Shown: one piece after another, positions 12,333 through 21,616 of the stretch
How positions within the stretch are numbered: the first letter of the stretch is position 1
Layout: each line of letters opens with the position of its first letter
From: an uncultured Aquimarina sp.
GTDB taxonomy: Bacteria; Bacteroidota; Bacteroidia; Flavobacteriales; Flavobacteriaceae
Direction: 5' to 3'
Length of the DNA: 64,000 bases
NCBI GenBank assembly: GCA_947502885.1
Contig: CANNBP010000013.1
Coordinates: 89,049 to 153,048, forward strand
The notes under the pieces: generated by a model
The model's input: the letters and a program-made list of their open reading frames with translations, nothing else
Databases searched by the model: none
What the model was told of the DNA's origin: nothing
Translations under genes and position numbers: made by a program

Positions 12333-13675
12333 CTATCAAATGTTAATCGCTGTGCATTTTGCACATCATAAAATTTAAAGTTCTTATAAACAAGGCTTCC
12401 GTTTACAAAAGTATGTGTTATTCTTGATTTAAATGTTGTGCCTTCAAAAGGAGACCAACCGCACTTATAAGCTATATTATCTTTATTAACAGTCCAAGGA
12501 GCATTAATGTCTACTAATACAGCATCTGCATGATACCCTTCTTTGATGTACCCTCTTTTTTCGATTTGAAATAAGATGGCAGGGTTATGGCACATTTTTT
12601 CTACAATTTTTTCTAATGATATCTTATCACGGTGAAAAAACTCTAACATAGCAGGTAATGCATGTTGCACTAGAGGTCCTCCAGAAGGTGCTTTGGTGTA
12701 TACATTGTCTTTTTCCTCGGCAGTATGTGGTGCATGATCAGTAGCAATGACATCTAATTTGTCATTTAATAGAGCGTCGAACAAAGCATCTCTATCATTA
12801 GCGGTTTTAACTGCTGGATTCCATTTGATTAATGTACCTTTTTCTTTATAATCTTCGTTAGAAAACCATAGGTGATGTATGCATACTTCTGCGGTTATTT
12901 TCTTTTCTCTAAGTGGAATTTTATTAGTAAATAACTCAAGTTCTTTGGCGGTTGATAGATGAAAAACATGTAATCTAGCTCCAGTTTTCTTAGCTAATTC
13001 TATAGCTTTAGAAGAGGATAAATAACAAGCCTCTTCGCTTCTAATTATTGGGTGAAATTCTACAGGAATATCATCTCCATATTGGGCTCTATATTTTTCA
13101 GTTGCTTCTCTTATAGTTTGCTCATCCTCGCAATGAACGGCGATCAATAAATCAGTTGAAGAGAATATTTTTTCTAGAACCTCTGGATTGTCAACAAGCA
13201 TATTTCCTGTAGAAGAGCCTAAAAATAACTTTAGAGCAGCTACTTTTTTTGGATCTACTTTAAGAATTTCTTCTATGTTGTCATTTGTCCCTCCAAACAT
13301 AAAAGAGTAGTTTGCGTAGCTTGTTTTTGCTGCAATTTCAAACTTCTCTTCTAATTTTTCTATTGTAGTGGTTTGAGGTATTGTGTTGGGCATTTCTATA
13401 AATGAAGTAATGCCTCCCGCGACTGCTGCTTTAGATTCAGTTTTTATGTTTGCTTTGTGAGTAAGCCCAGGTTCTCTAAAATGTACCTGATCATCTATGA
13501 CCCCAGGTAATAAATATTTTCCCTCTGCATCAAAAATATGCACATCTGGTGATTTTGCACTTATTTGTGGTGCAATTTCTTTGAAAATACCTTGTTCTAT
13601 ATATACATCGCCATTAAAAATCTTTCCTTCATTAACAATATTTGCATTTTTAATAAGCACACTATCCATGATCAT
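12329..13675 (-). CDS. pyrC: Dihydroorotase
   Basis: PGVIDDQVHFREPG, IAVHCED, HVFHLST, IATDHAPH amidohydrolase motifs. Confidence 0.93.
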   Translation of the reverse strand: MIMDSVLIKNANIVNEGKIFNGDVYIEQGIFKEIAPQISAKSPDVHIFDAEGKYLLPGVIDDQVHFREPGLTHKANIKTESKAAVAGGITSFIEMPNTIPQTTTIEKLEEKFEIAAKTSYANYSFMFGGTNDNIEEILKVDPKKVAALKLFLGSSTGNMLVDNPEVLEKIFSSTDLLIAVHCEDEQTIREATEKYRAQYGDDIPVEFHPIIRSEEACYLSSSKAIELAKKTGARLHVFHLSTAKELELFTNKIPLREKKITAEVCIHHLWFSNEDYKEKGTLIKWNPAVKTANDRDALFDALLNDKLDVIATDHAPHTAEEKDNVYTKAPSGGPLVQHALPAMLEFFHRDKISLEKIVEKMCHNPAILFQIEKRGYIKEGYHADAVLVDINAPWTVNKDNIAYKCGWSPFEGTTFKSRITHTFVNGSLVYKNFKFYDVQNAQRLTFDR

Positions 13676-14403
13676 ATTTCGTAACGTTTAAATAAACTGT
13701 TTATTTTCATTTTTAAAACTCCAAAAACAGCTTCAGAAATAATTCCTTTACTCATCTTTGAGGTTCCTTTGGTTCTATCTGTAAAGATAACCGGGATTTC
13801 TTTTATTTTAAATTTTAATAAGTAAGCTTTAAATTTCATTTCGATTTGAAAGGCATACCCAACAAAACGAATTTTGTCGAGATTAATTTTTTCTAACACC
13901 TCTCTTTTATAACAGATAAAACCAGCGGTTGTGTCATGAATATCCATGCCTGTTATAAAACGAACATATTTTGAAGCTAACCAAGAGAGTAAAACTCTAC
14001 TCATGGGCCAGTTAACTACGTTAACACCAGTAGCATATCTAGATCCAATAGCTACATGAGATGATCCCTTAGCACAAGTGTTGTATAAGCGCATAAGATC
14101 ATTAGGATTATGAGAGAAATCTGCATCCATCTCAAAAATATACTCGTATGATCGTTTTAAAGCCCATTTAAAACCTGTGATGTAAGCGGTTCCTAACCCT
14201 AACTTTCCTTTACGTTCGATTAAATAAAGAGCATCAGGATATTCAGCTTGCAATTCTCTTACCATACTGGCAGTCATGTCTGGCGAGTTATCGTCGACAA
14301 TAAGAATATGAAAACTACGCTGAAGCGAAAACACATTTCTAATGATTCGCTCTACATTTTCGATTTCGTTATAGGTAGGTATTATTACTAAGGCATCCAC
14401 CAT
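13672..14403 (-). CDS. Polyprenol monophosphomannose synthase (GT2)
   Basis: IIPTYNE, VDDNSPD, GLGTAY, MDADFSH, GYAFQIE. Confidence 0.9.
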   Translation of the reverse strand: MVDALVIIPTYNEIENVERIIRNVFSLQRSFHILIVDDNSPDMTASMVRELQAEYPDALYLIERKGKLGLGTAYITGFKWALKRSYEYIFEMDADFSHNPNDLMRLYNTCAKGSSHVAIGSRYATGVNVVNWPMSRVLLSWLASKYVRFITGMDIHDTTAGFICYKREVLEKINLDKIRFVGYAFQIEMKFKAYLLKFKIKEIPVIFTDRTKGTSKMSKGIISEAVFGVLKMKINSLFKRYEI

Positions 14404-14670
14404 TTACACCATTTTTCAGGCAAATATAACTGAACTCATTAGAACTTTTTCCTTGTAAATAAGAATTTTGGTTTTTGTAACTAAAAACTACCAAAATTTT
14501 ATATAAAATTAAGAAAGTTAACTAGTTAATAAATAGTATAATTAGGGTAGTAGTTTTTTGATAACATAGGTTTTAAAAGTAATACATCAAAATATTTGAA
14601 AATGATAAGAAAATAATTGAGGATTATTTTTGTTTATATATGTTAATTGATTGTAATTTTATAACCAATT

Positions 14671-15318
14671 ATGGAAATTATTACTAGAGAAATAGCAACA
14701 AATAACTGGCTTACTATTGTTCTTGTCACGTGTTTAGTATTGCTAGCTGCGGCAAAACAGATCAATATACTTAGGTTTTCTGATTTTGTAATGCTTTTAG
14801 CAAATAGTAAATATATTATTGCTCATCAAAAATTAAACAAGTTATCTTCTTTGTTTAATGCGGTTCTTGTAGTTTTTCAAATTGTTTCAGTGTCTTTGTT
14901 CGTATACTTATGTTTTGATACGTTTAAGGGGCAAGAAACAGATCAGGTAATAACCTATTTTAAAATTCTTACTCTGTATACGTTAGTTGTGATTTGTAAA
15001 TTGCTAATTGAAAAAATTATAGCAGCAATTTTTTCAATTGACTCTATAATCGACATGTATTTGTTTTATAAAGTGTCGTATCGCAATTTTATAGGAATGT
15101 TACTTATGCCAATAAATATAGTATGTATATATGTAGTTCAACCATCTAAGAGTGTGTTTGTTGTATTGGTTGTTTTATTGCTTATTTTAAATGCTATTAT
15201 GCTCTTTTCATATTACAAGAAAAATGAAAACATTATTTTCAACAACTTGTTTTATTTTATTTTGTATCTTTGCGGACTTGAAATTGCCCCTTATTTTATA
15301 TTGTATAAGCTTATTTAG
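14671..15318 (+). CDS. DUF4271-like membrane protein
   Basis: Multi-TM protein ending YFILYLCGLEIAP; typical position upstream of hemD. Confidence 0.75.
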   Translation: MEIITREIATNNWLTIVLVTCLVLLAAAKQINILRFSDFVMLLANSKYIIAHQKLNKLSSLFNAVLVVFQIVSVSLFVYLCFDTFKGQETDQVITYFKILTLYTLVVICKLLIEKIIAAIFSIDSIIDMYLFYKVSYRNFIGMLLMPINIVCIYVVQPSKSVFVVLVVLLLILNAIMLFSYYKKNENIIFNNLFYFILYLCGLEIAPYFILYKLI

Positions 15319-15356
15319 TTAACAAAGGACTTTTACAAAAAAAGAAAGAATATTAT

Positions 15357-16103
15357 ATGAAAGTGAAAACAATTTTGGTCTCACAGCCGGAGCCTAAAGT
15401 AGAAAATTCACCTTATTTTGATTTGGAAGAGAAGGAGAAAGTTAAAATTGACTTTATCCCTTTCATTCATGTAGAGGGGGTTGATGCAAAAGAGGTAAGA
15501 TTACAAAAAGTAGATTTGTCACAATATTCCGCTATTATTCTTACTAGTCGTAATTCTGTTGATCATTTTTTTAGAATAGCAGAAGAAATGCGATTTAAAG
15601 TGCCAGATTCTCTAAAGTACTTTTGTCAAAGCGAGGCTGTTGCCTATTATCTTCAGAAGTATGTGGTTTATCGTAAAAGAAAAATCTATGTTGGTAAACG
15701 AACATTTCAGGAATTGTCTCCTTTAATTAAGAAGTACAAAAATGAAAAGTTCTTATTGCCTTCTTCAGATAAATTAAAGCCCCTTATCCCAGATACTTTA
15801 AATGAATTGAAAGTAGATTGGAAACAAGGTGTTTTTTATAAGACCGTAGTAAGTGATCTTTCTGATCTAAGAAACGTTTTTTATGATATATTAGTGTTTT
15901 TTAGCCCATCTGGAATCGAGTCTTTATTTGAGAATTTTCCTGACTTTAAGCAGAATAACACACGTATTGCTGTTTTTGGAAATTCAACAGTTAGAGCTGC
16001 AAAGAAGCATAATTTAGAGATTAATATACAGGCGCCAACGCCTGAAACTCCTTCAATGACCATGGCATTGCAGAAGTATATTAAAGAAGCAAATAAGAAA
16101 TAG
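15357..16103 (+). CDS. hemD: Uroporphyrinogen-III synthase
   Basis: KVKTILVSQPEP, AIILTSRNSVDHFF, FFSPSGI, APTPETPSM (Bacteroidota HemD). Confidence 0.85.
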   Translation: MKVKTILVSQPEPKVENSPYFDLEEKEKVKIDFIPFIHVEGVDAKEVRLQKVDLSQYSAIILTSRNSVDHFFRIAEEMRFKVPDSLKYFCQSEAVAYYLQKYVVYRKRKIYVGKRTFQELSPLIKKYKNEKFLLPSSDKLKPLIPDTLNELKVDWKQGVFYKTVVSDLSDLRNVFYDILVFFSPSGIESLFENFPDFKQNNTRIAVFGNSTVRAAKKHNLEINIQAPTPETPSMTMALQKYIKEANKK

Positions 16104-16128
16104 AAATAGAATTTTTATTTTAAAATCA

Positions 16129-16161
16129 AAAAAAAGAGATCTTATTGAGGTCTCTTTTTTT
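16129..16161 (+). terminator. Terminator after hemD
   Basis: AAAAAAAGAGAT-cttattgag-GTCTCTTTTTT. Confidence 0.7.
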
Positions 16162-16189
16162 GTTGTGTAAAGGTCTGAGCTTTTAGGGT

Positions 16190-16233
16190 AAAACAAAACA
16201 GGGATCCAAATAAATGGATCCCTGTTTTGTTTT
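16190..16233 (-). terminator. Terminator after pckA
   Basis: Perfect inverted repeat AAAACAAAACAGGGATCCA-aataaa-TGGATCCCTGTTTTGTTTT. Confidence 0.8.
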
Positions 16234-16251
16234 TAAGAATTTAAAAGTCTT

Positions 16252-17811
16252 TTAAGATTCGAATTGTTTGAAATTCTTCTCAAAAGAGTTAACTAATTCT
16301 GTAGCTTTTGTGTCATATGCATCTTTGTCTTCCCAAGTGTTTCTTGGGTTTAAAATTTCTGAAGGCACATCTGGACAGTTTTGCGGTACATTAAGGTTAA
16401 AATGTTTGTCTGTAGCATAGGTTACATCGTCAAGTTTTCCTTCTAGTGCAGCATTGATCATAGCACGAGTATATTTTAACTTCATACGATTTCCTGTACC
16501 ATATGCTCCACCAGTCCACCCAGTGTTAACAAGCCAAACATTTGCTCCAGTTTTTTCGATTTTTTCCATTAACATGTCCCCATATTCTTTTGGGTGTAAT
16601 GGCATAAAAGGAGCTCCAAAACAAGCTGAAAAGCTTGGTAATGGTTCGTTTACTCCAGCTTCTGTTCCTGCAACCTTGGCGGTATATCCACTAATAAAGT
16701 GGTAAGAGGCTTGTTCTTTGGTTAATTTAGAGATTGGAGGTAGTACTCCAAAAGCATCCGCAGTTAAGAAAAATACATTTGTAACTGTTTTGCCTCTACT
16801 AGGTACTTTGATGTTCTCTATATGGTCAATAGGGTAGCTTACTCTTGTGTTTTGCGTAATGCTTACATCCCCATAGTCTACCTCTCCGTCTTTATCTAGG
16901 ATTATGTTTTCTAATAAAGCACCTTTTTTAATTGCTCCGAAGATTTCTGGCTCTTTTTCAGAAGAAAGATCGATTACCTTGGCATAACAACCGCCTTCAA
17001 AATTGAATACAGTGTTTTCTTCTGTCCAAGCATGTTCGTCATCTCCAATCAATTTTCTTTTTGGATCTGTTGATAATGTTGTTTTACCTGTTCCAGAAAG
17101 TCCAAAAAACAGAGATGTTTTGCCGTCTTCTCCTTCATTGGCAGAACAGTGCATTGGCAAACAATTACGCTCTACTGGTAAAATAAAATTTAAAGCAGAA
17201 AAGATGCCTTTTTTGATTTCTCCAGTGTAACCAGTACCACCAATTAATGCAATCTTTTTAGAAAAATTAAGGATAGCAAAATTGTGTTGTCTTGTGCCGT
17301 CTACTTCAGGATCGGCCATAAAACCAGGAGCATTAACAATAAGCCAATCTGGTGAAAAAGATTCTAATTCACTAGTTTCTGGTCTTAAGAACATGTTGTA
17401 TGCAAACATGTTAGACCATGGATACTCGTTAAGTACTCGAATATTTAGTTTGTATTCTGGATCTGCGCAAGCGTAACTGTCTCGCACAAATATTTCTTTT
17501 CCAGAAAGATACTTTGTTACTTTGTTGTATAATGCATCGAATGCCTTTTCGTCAAAAGGGATGTTAATATCACCCCACCACACTTTATCTTTTGTGATGT
17601 CATCTTTAACAATAAATCGATCCTTTGGAGATCGACCGGTAAATTCACCCGTTTTGATTGATAAAGCACCAGATTTTGTGATTTCTCCTTGGCCATTTTG
17701 CACTACTTCGTCTTGAAGCTGTTCAGATGATAACTGGTAGCGCATAGTAGCATTCTCAATACCATAGTTCTTTAACGAAAACGTTTTCGTAGTTGGATAC
17801 AGTGGTTCCAT
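16252..17811 (-). CDS. pckA: Phosphoenolpyruvate carboxykinase (ATP)
   Basis: TGRSPKDRF, GTGYTGEIKK, FFGLSGTGKTTLS, LIGDDEH, NFEGGCYAK; ATG 17811 preferred because a TAATTTTG -7 box overlaps the TTG at 17844. Confidence 0.97.
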   Translation of the reverse strand: MEPLYPTTKTFSLKNYGIENATMRYQLSSEQLQDEVVQNGQGEITKSGALSIKTGEFTGRSPKDRFIVKDDITKDKVWWGDINIPFDEKAFDALYNKVTKYLSGKEIFVRDSYACADPEYKLNIRVLNEYPWSNMFAYNMFLRPETSELESFSPDWLIVNAPGFMADPEVDGTRQHNFAILNFSKKIALIGGTGYTGEIKKGIFSALNFILPVERNCLPMHCSANEGEDGKTSLFFGLSGTGKTTLSTDPKRKLIGDDEHAWTEENTVFNFEGGCYAKVIDLSSEKEPEIFGAIKKGALLENIILDKDGEVDYGDVSITQNTRVSYPIDHIENIKVPSRGKTVTNVFFLTADAFGVLPPISKLTKEQASYHFISGYTAKVAGTEAGVNEPLPSFSACFGAPFMPLHPKEYGDMLMEKIEKTGANVWLVNTGWTGGAYGTGNRMKLKYTRAMINAALEGKLDDVTYATDKHFNLNVPQNCPDVPSEILNPRNTWEDKDAYDTKATELVNSFEKNFKQFES

Positions 17812-17880
17812 AAAAATATGTTGTGTTTTGTTATGTATGTGCAAAATTATAAATAATAATCACACCAACCGACAAAAAAT

Positions 17881-18279
17881 TTACTTAATCTTAACAAATG
17901 ACAAGATGCAAAATATCCAGCCTATAATTAAGAGTAAACCTCCTAAAGGTGTAATAAAAGCAATGCTTGACAAAGATATTCCAATGATTTCATCGATTAC
18001 TAAAAGATATATTGAGCCAGAAAAAAGAATTATTCCTCCTGTAAAAAAATAAAAAATACGTTTTTTAACAGTATCTTGAAGCACAGACATATTACCTATA
18101 ATAAGGCATACAATAGCATGATACATTTGATATCTAACTCCTGTTGTAAAAGAGTTTATGCTTTCTGGGTCAACTTGATTTTTGAGTCCATGAGCGCCAA
18201 ATGCGCCTAGAAGAACAGCTATTAACCCCATGATGGCTGCGGTAATCAAAATTGTTTTATTAGAACTTTTTTTAGTCAT
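17881..18279 (-). CDS. DUF423 family membrane protein
   Basis: LGAFGAHGL, TGVRYQMYH, FSGSIY, ITPLGG. Confidence 0.9.
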   Translation of the reverse strand: MTKKSSNKTILITAAIMGLIAVLLGAFGAHGLKNQVDPESINSFTTGVRYQMYHAIVCLIIGNMSVLQDTVKKRIFYFFTGGIILFSGSIYLLVIDEIIGISLSSIAFITPLGGLLLIIGWIFCILSFVKIK

Positions 18280-18417
18280 AATTGATTATATTAAGGGGTG
18301 TTTTTGATAAAATAGACACATTATTGGGTAAACTGTAATTAATAGGTGGTTATTAAGAACCTGTTTTTTGAGGTATTTATTACATTCGTATCAAAGTTAT
18401 CAAAATATTTAGAAGGT

Positions 18418-19785
18418 ATGCGTAAAATCTTAGTTATTGGTGCAGGTAAATCTACTGCAGTATTGATTAAATATTTTCAAGATAAATCTATAACAGAAAA
18501 TCTTCATATTACGATTGGTGATATTTCTGTTGATAATGCAAAGAGGTTAGCTGGAGATCATTCAAATACAGAGGCTATTACTCTAGATATTTTTAATCAA
18601 GAATTACGTGAACAAGTAATTAAAAACACTGATATAGTGGTGTCAATGTTACCTGCTCGGTTCCATATTGAGGTGGCCAAAGATTGTCTAAAATTTGATA
18701 AATGTATGGTAACAGCATCATATGTGAGTCCAGAAATGAAAGAGTTAGATGCAGAAGCGCGTAAAAAAGGACTTGTGTTTATGAATGAGATTGGTGTAGA
18801 TCCAGGAATTGATCACATGAGCGCGATGCAGGTAATTGATCGTATTAGAAGTAAAGGAGGTAAGCTTATTTTATTTGAATCTTTTACAGGTGGATTAATT
18901 GCTCCCGAAAATGATACAAATTTATGGAACTATAAATTTACATGGAATCCTCGTAATGTAGTTATCGCTGGACAGGGCGGTGCTGCAGAGTTTTTACAGG
19001 AAGGGGCATATAAGTATATACCTTATCATAAATTGTTTAGAAGAACAGAATTTCTTGAAATAGATGATCATGGTCGTTTCGAGGCTTATGCAAACAGAAA
19101 CTCTTTAAAGTATCAAGAGATATATGGATTAGATGATGTGTTAACTCTTTATAGAGGAACAATAAGAAGAGTTGGGTTTTCTAAAGCTTGGAATACATTT
19201 GTGCAGTTAGGTATGACTGCAGATGATTATACGATTGCTAATTCTGAAAACATGAGCTATCGAGATTTTACAAATTTGTTTTTGGCTTATTCCCCTTCAG
19301 ATTCTGTTGAACTTAAATTAAGACATTATCTTAAGATTGATCAGGATGATATTATGTGGGATAAATTACAGGAGTTAGATATTTTTAATCCAAATAAAAA
19401 AGTTGGTATCCCTAATGCAACTCCGGCGCAAATTCTACAAAAGATTTTAATGGATAGCTGGACACTTGATGATGGGGATAAAGATATGATTGTTATGTAC
19501 CATAAGTTTGGTTATGAACTAAATGGTGAACGAAAACAGATTGATGCCACTATGGTAAGTATAGGTGAAAATCAAACATATACTGCAATGGCTAGAACTG
19601 TTGGTTTACCCGTTGCTATGGCAACACTACGTATTCTTAATAAGCAAATAACTAGCCCTGGAGTGCAAATACCTATTAAAGAAGAAGTTTATGCGCCCAT
19701 ACTAGCAGAACTCGAAGAATATGGTATTGTATTTAAAGAAAAGGAATGTGAATACTTAGGGTATAACCCAGATGGTGTAAAATAA
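18418..19785 (+). CDS. Saccharopine dehydrogenase family protein
   Basis: ILVIGAGKS, MNEIGVDPGIDH, YKFTWNP, TAMARTVG; ATG 18418 preferred over the upstream GTG. Confidence 0.92.
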   Translation: MRKILVIGAGKSTAVLIKYFQDKSITENLHITIGDISVDNAKRLAGDHSNTEAITLDIFNQELREQVIKNTDIVVSMLPARFHIEVAKDCLKFDKCMVTASYVSPEMKELDAEARKKGLVFMNEIGVDPGIDHMSAMQVIDRIRSKGGKLILFESFTGGLIAPENDTNLWNYKFTWNPRNVVIAGQGGAAEFLQEGAYKYIPYHKLFRRTEFLEIDDHGRFEAYANRNSLKYQEIYGLDDVLTLYRGTIRRVGFSKAWNTFVQLGMTADDYTIANSENMSYRDFTNLFLAYSPSDSVELKLRHYLKIDQDDIMWDKLQELDIFNPNKKVGIPNATPAQILQKILMDSWTLDDGDKDMIVMYHKFGYELNGERKQIDATMVSIGENQTYTAMARTVGLPVAMATLRILNKQITSPGVQIPIKEEVYAPILAELEEYGIVFKEKECEYLGYNPDGVK

Positions 19786-19887
19786 CTCTATTAGATATTT
19801 GCTTTGTGAATACAAGTAGTTTATTTAATTATGCTTTTACATATAAATTGTAGTTTGAATTATTTATTAATGGTATTTTTTTGACTA

Positions 19888-20358
19888 ATGAAGGAACATA
19901 ATGATAGTTTAGTGCTTGATGGTATAGATAAAGAGATTTTACGTAGTCTTATGGAAAATGCCAGAAAGCCGATTTTAGAAATTGCTCGTAAAGTGGGAGT
20001 ATCTGGTGCAGCTATTCATCAAAGACTTCGTAAATTAGAAGCTTCGGGTTTGATAGCTGGATCCAAGTTTATTATTGATCCTAAAGTTTTAGGATATAAA
20101 ACAATGGCTTTTGTGGGTGTGTACTTAGATAAGGCGGTAAGTAACCCCAAAGCGGTTAGTCAATTGCAAGAGATACCAGAAGTGATAGAGTGCCATTATA
20201 CTACTGGTAACTGGTCGATTTTTATTAAAATACTTTGTAAAGATAATGAGCATTTAATGAATGTGTTAAATAAGGACATTCAGGCTATTGATGGAGTTTC
20301 GCGTACTGAAACTTTTATATCATTAAATCAACAAATTAATAGGCAAATTAAGATATAG
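19888..20358 (+). CDS. Lrp/AsnC family transcriptional regulator
   Basis: LDGIDKEIL...NARKPILEIARKVGVS HTH, ECHYTTG. Confidence 0.93.
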   Translation: MKEHNDSLVLDGIDKEILRSLMENARKPILEIARKVGVSGAAIHQRLRKLEASGLIAGSKFIIDPKVLGYKTMAFVGVYLDKAVSNPKAVSQLQEIPEVIECHYTTGNWSIFIKILCKDNEHLMNVLNKDIQAIDGVSRTETFISLNQQINRQIKI

Positions 20359-20382
20359 ACCAATATATACTTTAGTGCTGTA

Positions 20383-21579
20383 TTAGAGATTTATGTTTTG
20401 TAATAAAGCGTAAGATTGTTTTGCGATTTCGAGCTCTTCGTTTGTCGGGATAACCAGTATTTTTGTTTTTGAAGAAGAGGTGTTGATTGCTCTTATTTCT
20501 TTTGATTTTAGTTGGTTTTTATGCTCATCAAGTGCTATGCCTAAATAGGTTAAATCGTCGCACACTAATTTTCTCATGGTACTAGAGTTTTCTCCTATCC
20601 CAGCCGTAAAAACTATAGCATCAAGTCCATTCATTATTGCTGCATAAGCACCGATAAACTTTTTAATTCGATAGGTATTCATCACTAAAGCTTTTTGGCA
20701 ATTAATATCTCCTTTTTCTGCTGCTGTTTCTATATCACGTAAGTCGCTATAACCAGTAAGACCGAGCATACCACTTTGCTTTTGTAATAATGTGTATACA
20801 TCGTCTACAGAGTATCCCAAGTCATTTAACATATAAAATATTACAGAGGGGTCAATATCTCCAGATCTCGTGCCCATGATTAGTCCATTCATTGGAGCAA
20901 AGCCCAGCGTGTGATCAATACTTAACCCGTTGTTTACTGCAGTCATACTACATCCATTACCTAAATGAATAGTAATAATTTTTGATTGTTCTTTTTTTAA
21001 ATGTTCGATTGCCTTTTCTGAAACATATTTATGACTCGTGCCATGAAAACCATAGGCTCGAATTTTATGTTCCTTTAAAAATTTTTCTGGGATAGCATAT
21101 CTATAAGCTTCTTCTGGCATTGTTTGGTGAAATGCTGTGTCAAAAACAGCAATTTGTATGGCTTCGGGAAACGTTTTTTCTGAAACTATAATTCCTTCTA
21201 AATTTGCTGGGTTGTGCAATGGTGCCAATGTCGAAAGCGCTTTAATCTTTTGTTTTGTTTTGTCTGTAATCTTTACAGTTTCTGAAAAAGTACTACCTCC
21301 ATGAACTACTCTATGTCCAATTGCAGTAATATCAGAAGTCGATTCAATCACTCCAATGTTTTTATCTAATAAAAGTTTAGCTACTAGATGTAGGCCTGTT
21401 TTATGATTGTTTATGGCATGCGTTTGTTCAATATTTTGGTCAGGTGTTTTGTAATTTATTTTAGCTTCATTAGATCCAATTCGTTCGACTAAACCTGAGC
21501 AAATAACTCGTTTTTCAGGCATATGGAATAATTGAAATTTTATTGATGAACTTCCAGAGTTTACTACTAATATTTGCAT
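20383..21579 (-). CDS. ackA: Acetate kinase
   Basis: NSGSSSIKFQ, GHRVVHGG, APLHNP, YGFHGTSH, HLGNG, FTAGIGEN. Confidence 0.97.
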   Translation of the reverse strand: MQILVVNSGSSSIKFQLFHMPEKRVICSGLVERIGSNEAKINYKTPDQNIEQTHAINNHKTGLHLVAKLLLDKNIGVIESTSDITAIGHRVVHGGSTFSETVKITDKTKQKIKALSTLAPLHNPANLEGIIVSEKTFPEAIQIAVFDTAFHQTMPEEAYRYAIPEKFLKEHKIRAYGFHGTSHKYVSEKAIEHLKKEQSKIITIHLGNGCSMTAVNNGLSIDHTLGFAPMNGLIMGTRSGDIDPSVIFYMLNDLGYSVDDVYTLLQKQSGMLGLTGYSDLRDIETAAEKGDINCQKALVMNTYRIKKFIGAYAAIMNGLDAIVFTAGIGENSSTMRKLVCDDLTYLGIALDEHKNQLKSKEIRAINTSSSKTKILVIPTNEELEIAKQSYALLQNINL

Positions 21580-21616
21580 GATAATTATTTGATAAGCGCG
21601 TATATGTGTACTTTTT